Part shown: positions 58,961 to 64,000 of the stretch, piece by piece
Numbering within the stretch: position 1 is the first letter of the stretch
How the letters are laid out: every line of letters starts with the position of its first letter
Assembly: GCA_965221775.1 (NCBI GenBank)
Contig: CBDCSU010000004.1
Span: forward strand, 672,001 to 736,000
Direction of reading: 5' to 3'
From: Candidatus Latescibacterota bacterium
GTDB lineage: Bacteria > Latescibacterota > UBA2968 > UBA8231
Length of the DNA stretch: 64,000 nt
Program-made: the position numbers and the translations under genes
Notes under the pieces: model-generated
The model's database searches: none
Told to the model about the DNA's origin: nothing
Seen by the model: only the letters and a program-made list of their open reading frames with translations

Positions 58961-60486
58961 TGGCCGTGGGCGGCGGGCGCATCCTCGAAATCGGTCCCAC
59001 CCTCGGGCTGACCGCCGCCGAGACCCTGGACGTCTCCGGCCTTCTCGTGACCCCCGGGTTCATCGACATCCACAGCCACTCCGACTTCACCCTCACCGTC
59101 GATCCGCGGGCGGTCAGCGCCATCGCCCAGGGGGTGACCCTGGAGGTGGTGGGCAACTGCGGCCACGGATGCGCCCCCGTCGCCGACCCGGAGGCCGTGA
59201 AGGGGAGCGTCTACGGGTACTCGGAGGAGCATCCCATCCGCTGGCGCACGGTGGCCGAGTACCTCGACGTGCTGGAGGCGGGAGGGCCGGCGGTCAACGT
59301 CCTCACCCTGGTGCCCAACGGCAACCTGCGCCTGGCCGCCGCCGCGGACCTCGACCGGCCGAGCACCGACGCCGAGCTGGGACAGATGGAGCGCCTCCTG
59401 GAGCAGGGCCTGGAGGAGGGCGCCTTCGGATTCTCCACCGGCCTGGAGTACGGTCCCGAGCGGGCCTGCTCCGAGGAGGAGGTGACCCGCCTGTGCCGCG
59501 CAACCGCCCGGGCCGGGGGTTTCTACGCCACCCACACCCGCAACCGCGCCGGCCAGGCGCGGGAGACCGTGGCCGAGGCGATCCGCACGGCCGAGGCTTC
59601 CGGGGTGCCGCTGCAGGTCTCCCACATCTCGGTGGTGGCGCGGCTGGCCGCGGACGGGGGCCGGGCGGTGGCCGAGGCGGTGGAGCAGGTCGACGCGGCC
59701 CGGCGCCGCGGGGTGGACGCCGGCTTCGACATGCACACCCGCCTCTTCGGCACCACCAACCTGAGCGCCGTGCTGCCCCCCGAGGCCCTGGCCGGCTCGC
59801 GGCGGGAGATCTCCGCCCGGCTGTCCGGGGCCTCCGCCCGCCGGGAGCTGAAACGCTACCCGAGCATCGTCCACGCGCTGGCCCGCGGCGACTGGAGCCG
59901 CATCCTGCTGGCCGAGTGCAGCGACCCCGAGCTGTGCCACCGGAGCGTGGCCGAGGTCGCCGAGGCCCGCGGCCTGGAGCCCCTGGACGCGGTCTACGAC
60001 ATGCTCCTGGAGGAGATCGAGGACCTGCACCGGCCGATGATCCTCGCCTTCTGCTACCGCGAGGAGGAGACCCGCCCCGCCTTCGAGCACCCGGACTGCA
60101 TGGTCGGCTCCGACGCCACCGCACTGGCCCCGGACGGCCCGCTGGCCGGGTCCGTCTTCCACGGCGCCTACACCTGGGCCGCCTGGTTCTACCGCCACTT
60201 CGTCACCGACCTCGGGCTGCTGCGGCCCGAGGAGGCGGTCCGGCGCCTGACCTCGCTGCCGGCGGATCGCCTGGGGCTGACCGACCGGGGGCGCATCCGT
60301 CCCGGTGCCTGGGCCGACCTTGTGGTGCTGGAGCCGCAGGGGTTCGCCGAACGGGGCACGACCCGCGACCCGAACCGCACCGCCGCCGGGGTGCGCCACG
60401 TCCTGGTCAACGGCCGGATGGCCCTGCGCGACGGCGCCCTCACCGCCGAGCGCGGGGGGCGGGTCCTGCGCCGGGCCTCCTCCTGA
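58870..60486 (+). CDS. N-acyl-D-amino-acid deacylase (amidohydrolase 3)
   Basis: DLLLRGGTVVDGTG, PGFIDIHSHSD, VGNCG, STGLEY, GSDA, RGRI..GAWADLV; TTG 58870 preferred (alternative GTG 58789 lies in a repeat copy). Confidence 0.92.
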   Translation: MTGSSGRRADLLLRGGTVVDGTGALPVAADVAVGGGRILEIGPTLGLTAAETLDVSGLLVTPGFIDIHSHSDFTLTVDPRAVSAIAQGVTLEVVGNCGHGCAPVADPEAVKGSVYGYSEEHPIRWRTVAEYLDVLEAGGPAVNVLTLVPNGNLRLAAAADLDRPSTDAELGQMERLLEQGLEEGAFGFSTGLEYGPERACSEEEVTRLCRATARAGGFYATHTRNRAGQARETVAEAIRTAEASGVPLQVSHISVVARLAADGGRAVAEAVEQVDAARRRGVDAGFDMHTRLFGTTNLSAVLPPEALAGSRREISARLSGASARRELKRYPSIVHALARGDWSRILLAECSDPELCHRSVAEVAEARGLEPLDAVYDMLLEEIEDLHRPMILAFCYREEETRPAFEHPDCMVGSDATALAPDGPLAGSVFHGAYTWAAWFYRHFVTDLGLLRPEEAVRRLTSLPADRLGLTDRGRIRPGAWADLVVLEPQGFAERGTTRDPNRTAAGVRHVLVNGRMALRDGALTAERGGRVLRRASS

Positions 60487-60768
60487 AGCCGGTAGAACCA
60501 GGATGCCCGCTCCTACCTTGGCATCGACGACCAGGCGTCAGGCGATGAGCGGGACACCTCAGCGACGGAGCGGCCTCGGCGGCGCTATCGACCGCCGGAT
60601 TCACAATGGACGGAACGTCGAGGTGACTCTACAGTTGCCGTGAGGCGGCATGGAACGGGGAAGGCCCATGCGGATTCCCAGCCCGCCCGCGAATCGGCGC
60701 GACGCTCATCTCGACCGGTACTCCCGTCCGGCGCGGCGTGCGGAGTGCCGGGGAGGAGTGAGGACGAG

Positions 60769-61094
60769 GTGACCAGCGGACGGATCATTCGGGATCGCAT
60801 CACGCGCACCGACCTGGCGCACCTAGCCGAGGAGCAGTTCGGGGACTGGATCAAGGCCGTGGTCGACGTGTCGCGTGAGATCATGGCGATCGGCGGGGAT
60901 CTGCACGCCGACGACGAGGCAGTGCTCCTGGCGGATGGATCCCGCCAGCGCGATCTCTGGGGAATCAATCTCTTGAGTTCGACTCGATGATCAATCTGCG
61001 CCCGAGCCAGGGAAACCGTTCGCTGGGCGTCGACGACGAATCGATCCAGGCCCGAATCCGCGAGGTGGTCGAATCCCTGGTTCCACCGGAATGA
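60769..61094 (+). pseudogene. frameshifted DUF5674-family protein
   Basis: KAVVDV..EIMAIGGDLHADDE..LL..GS.Q.DLWGINL continues as EFDSMINLRPSQGNRS...IREVV in another frame at ~60973. Confidence 0.75.
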
Positions 61095-61107
61095 GAGTTT
61101 CCGCGCC

Positions 61108-61485
61108 GTGACCAGGGTCCTGCACAAGAACGCCGCGGAGGGCTGGGGGCGGCTGGAGCTCGTGGAGCAGCTCGGGAACGTGGGCAGCGAGGTGGAGCGC
61201 GCGATCCGGGCCCACGAGGCCGGCCGAACCGACCGGTTCGAGAGCGCTCTCGAGCGCGCCCTGGAGCTGTTCGATCTGACCGCCTCCGACCCCCGCTGGC
61301 GGGGTCACCGCTGCCAGGAGATCCTGCGCGCACGGGAGGAGTTCTGCCGCCTGTTCTTCGATCCCGACGTGCCGGCCGACTCGGCCCGCGGGCTCAGGCG
61401 CTACTTCTTCGGATTCGCGTGGGCCGCCCGGGCGCTTCATCATCGCCGCCAGTCCGGGGCCCACGAGGTCGAACGCCAGTCCTGA
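61108..61485 (+). CDS. conserved helical hypothetical protein (DUF5674 partner)
   Basis: W..L.L.EQLGNVGSEVERA...ERALELFDLT..DP..EI.R.RE; recalled as a usual neighbour of DUF5674. Confidence 0.7.
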   Translation: MTRVLHKNAAEGWGRLELVEQLGNVGSEVERAIRAHEAGRTDRFESALERALELFDLTASDPRWRGHRCQEILRAREEFCRLFFDPDVPADSARGLRRYFFGFAWAARALHHRRQSGAHEVERQS

Positions 61486-61503
61486 TGGTGCTCGGGTTTA
61501 CGC

Positions 61504-63120
61504 ATGCCGGCGGTCGGTCCAGAGCTCGGTTCCGCCGGCCGGAGCCTACCCCAAGTGCCCATCACTGACAGCACAACGGGGCCATCGAGTGGCCCTCCCC
61601 CATCCGACGCTGGACAGGACGTAGGCGCCCACGGCTCTACCGGGCTCATCCGCGCCGCCGCCGTGACCCTGGCCGCGGCCGGGTTCTACCGCCTCCTCCA
61701 GCAGCTTGTCACCGTCCCTGGCCTGGATCCGTCGGTCCTGGCCGAGTATGGACCGGACGCTCCGAAGGGATTGCCCACAGGCGGGGCCGTGCACCTCGTG
61801 GCGCCGTGGATGCCCCACGCCGTCTCGGGTACCGCGGCCATCGGCACCTATGTCAGTGCCTCGGTCCTGGTCCTGCTCCTGAGCGGTGTGCTCCCCGCCC
61901 TGCGGCGCCTGCGGGAGGCGGGTGTCTCGAACCAGGCCGCCTTCCAGCGGGTCATCGCGGCGGCGACGGCCCTCCTGGCCGCGGCGCACGGCCTCGGGAC
62001 GGCGCTCTACCTCGAGGGAATCCACGGACCGGCCTCCGGCCTGCCCGCGGTCCCCCATCCGGGATGGGCTTTCCGCACGGGGACGATGCTGACCCTGGCC
62101 GCGGCCGCTCTGCTGATCCTGTGGCTGGCGCGGCAGGTCACGGCCCGGGGTCTCGGCAACGGCGTGGTCCTGCTGCTGGCGGCCGACATCCTCGGCCGGT
62201 GGCACTCGGCGGCGCCGGCCCAGTGGCGGGACTGGTCGGGAGCCGCCGACCCGGTCTATCAGGGACTCCGGGCGGCCCTCTTCCTCCTGGCTCTGCTCGT
62301 GCTGGCGGTGATCCTGCTGAAGGGGCGGCGCCCCGGGCCCCTGGAACGGTCAGCCGGCGCCGGGCCAGAGGCTGGAGCGGCGCCGGCCCTGCCCCTGCGG
62401 ATCCATCCCGCCGGGGCCCTGCCCGTGGCAGCGGCGTCGGTGTGGCTCTTCGCTTTCGATCCGACCGGAGATCCCTCCCTGGTCTTCGGCCTCGCCTTCT
62501 GCCTTCTGGTGGCGCTGGCCGCCCACCTGTACGCCGTGAACGCCTTCCAGCCGCGCGACGCCGTCGAGCGCCTGGAGCGGCTCGGGTTCCGCCTTGCGGG
62601 CGCCGCTTCCCCGGAGGACGCCGTGCGCCGCCTGCGCGACGCTCAGCAGCGGGTCATGGTGCCCGGCACTCTCGGACTCTGCCTGCTGGGGTTCGCCCCC
62701 TGGATCGCGGACAGCGGATTGGGCCTGCACCCGGAATGGAGCCGTACCTGCGGACTCGACGCGCTCGTACTCGCCGCCGTGGGCGTGCACCTGCGGCAGC
62801 AGGTGCGGAGCAGGAGGTCCCTCGCCGGCCGCGAGGCGGTTGCGGTGATGGCCGCCGAGACGCGATTCGAGCTCGAACTCGCCGGCGACGTCCTGCGCCG
62901 GGCCGGCATCGACAGCCGGGTCCGCGACGACCGTGCGATCGCCGCCACCGGCACCCTCGCCCTCTGGGAGGTGAGCCGGCCGCGGTGGCCGAGCCTGACG
63001 GTGTACCCCCATCTCGGCGGCGGCCGGGCCCTGCTGTTGGTGGACGCCGCCGAGGCCGGGGCCGCGGAGGGAGTGCTGCGGGAGGCCGGCCAGGCCGGGC
63101 AGAGATCAAACGCCGGCTGA
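61504..63120 (+). CDS. divergent SecY paralogue with C-terminal DUF2007-like domain
   Basis: VPGLD, IGTYVSASVLVLLL, LTLAAAALLILWLARQVTARGLGNG, LPLRIHPAGALPV, F.P.D..E.L...G; tail ELAGDVLRRAGI...LLV...A..A..VL; start uncertain. Confidence 0.72.
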   Translation: MPAVGPELGSAGRSLPQVPITDSTTGPSSGPPPSDAGQDVGAHGSTGLIRAAAVTLAAAGFYRLLQQLVTVPGLDPSVLAEYGPDAPKGLPTGGAVHLVAPWMPHAVSGTAAIGTYVSASVLVLLLSGVLPALRRLREAGVSNQAAFQRVIAAATALLAAAHGLGTALYLEGIHGPASGLPAVPHPGWAFRTGTMLTLAAAALLILWLARQVTARGLGNGVVLLLAADILGRWHSAAPAQWRDWSGAADPVYQGLRAALFLLALLVLAVILLKGRRPGPLERSAGAGPEAGAAPALPLRIHPAGALPVAAASVWLFAFDPTGDPSLVFGLAFCLLVALAAHLYAVNAFQPRDAVERLERLGFRLAGAASPEDAVRRLRDAQQRVMVPGTLGLCLLGFAPWIADSGLGLHPEWSRTCGLDALVLAAVGVHLRQQVRSRRSLAGREAVAVMAAETRFELELAGDVLRRAGIDSRVRDDRAIAATGTLALWEVSRPRWPSLTVYPHLGGGRALLLVDAAEAGAAEGVLREAGQAGQRSNAG

Positions 63121-63158
63121 CTCCAGGGCGGACACGCCTGCGGGGAGTGCCCCCCTCG

Positions 63159-63545
63159 TCACCAGTGCCGGTTCACACCGTATCGGTCGAAGGCGCCGTC
63201 GATCGACACGATCGCCAGGTCGCGCGACAGGGCCTGGGCGATGAGCATCCGGTCGAAGGGATCGCGATGTGGTCCGGGCAGGCGTCCGGCTCGCTCGGCA
63301 TCGGCAACGCTGATGGCCAGCTCCTCGAACCCCTGGCTGGCAACGGCGCCGGCAATGTCGAGGGCCACAGCCTCGGTTACCGTCAGCTTGCCGAGCCGGA
63401 GCTTGGTGGCGATCTCCCAGGCGGAGGCCGCGCTGACCAGGATCGCGTTCGATTCGTCAGCCATCACGCGGCGCGCGGGGATCGACAGCCGCTCGCTGTC
63501 CGCGAGCCACCACAGGAACGCATGCGTGTCCAGAAGCGCTCGCAC
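63159..63545 (-). CDS. vapC: PIN-domain VapC toxin
   Basis: LLDTHAFLW, SAASAWEI, HRDPFDRMLIAQA. Confidence 0.93.
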   Translation of the reverse strand: MRALLDTHAFLWWLADSERLSIPARRVMADESNAILVSAASAWEIATKLRLGKLTVTEAVALDIAGAVASQGFEELAISVADAERAGRLPGPHRDPFDRMLIAQALSRDLAIVSIDGAFDRYGVNRHW

Positions 63546-63546
63546 C

Positions 63547-63780
63547 TCAGCTACCTTCCCAGGCTTCCAGCTCTTCTTCCGGCAGCGGGTCGAGGAAGCT
63601 GTCGGGAACGGTGACCTTGCCCTTCAGGACATCGGGCTGCCGCTTGCCTGGCGGCTTGCAGCCGACGAGCCGTGCCACGGGCTCGCCCCGGCGGGCGATC
63701 ACCACCTCCTCGCCGGTCTCGACTTGCGCCAGCAGCCGCGAGAGTTGGGTCTTGGCCTGATGAACATTGACGACAACCAT
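63547..63780 (-). CDS. Phd/YefM-family antitoxin
   Basis: VNVHQAKTQLSRLL..VE.GEEVVIARRGEPVARLV. Confidence 0.93.
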   Translation of the reverse strand: MVVVNVHQAKTQLSRLLAQVETGEEVVIARRGEPVARLVGCKPPGKRQPDVLKGKVTVPDSFLDPLPEEELEAWEGS

Positions 63781-63803
63781 GGCTCCTGCCCCCTTGAAGG
63801 ATG

Positions 63804-63843
63804 ATCTTAGCTAGATATATAGCTAAGATTGGATCCCGGTCAA
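63804..63843 (-). promoter_or_regulatory. TA promoter with palindromic operator
   Basis: ATCTTAGCTA-gatata-TAGCTAAGAT at 63804-63829 overlapping an AT-rich -10; TTGACC -35 at 63843-63838 on the minus strand. Confidence 0.75.
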
Positions 63844-64000
63844 GGCCAACCTCCCGCATCACCCGGACCTCATTGCCGGGACGGGATTGGCCCGCTCCGG
63901 CCGATCGCCTATGATGAGCGCCCGCCGCTGCCCCTTCGCCACGGAAAGCAACCAGATGCAAGCCCGATCTCCCCTCTTCATCCACTATGTCGCCGACATG

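Overview
Very GC-rich bacterial chromosomal window with no rRNA, tRNA, CRISPR array or integrase. FlgD-Ig/T9SS-type 'YPNP' C-terminal tails, a PorV-like barrel and a 'TAVxxxSWGxxK' tail suggest an FCB-superphylum host, possibly Latescibacterota-like (inference). The flanks (1-33.4 kb and 53-64 kb) hold housekeeping and catabolic genes (glnA-glnE, folD, mnmA, sirtuin, nudC, nth, PhoX, sulfatase, hydantoinase A/B, D-aminoacylase), intact and decayed toxin-antitoxin modules, and an orphan SecY paralogue. The most interesting part is a ~19.5 kb minus-strand island (33.4-52.9 kb) of two operons. Each is preceded by a near-consensus sigma54 -24/-12 promoter and by the same paired GTCCG-N6-CGGAC upstream boxes. 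Operon 1 encodes a transmembrane pseudo-caspase/PEGA-STAND-NTPase receptor, an AAA_35-type NTPase fused to a sigma54 activator, a second secreted pseudo-caspase with the same His->Arg change, a PorV-like barrel, and a 14-blade propeller surface protein. Operon 2 is DUF4956-HlyD-TolC-VTC polyphosphate polymerase-secreted CotH kinase. I propose that this is a self-contained NTPase-relay signalling system driving a polyphosphate synthesis/export and extracellular kinase module. That interpretation is a hypothesis. All family assignments come from motif recognition by eye, with no database searches.
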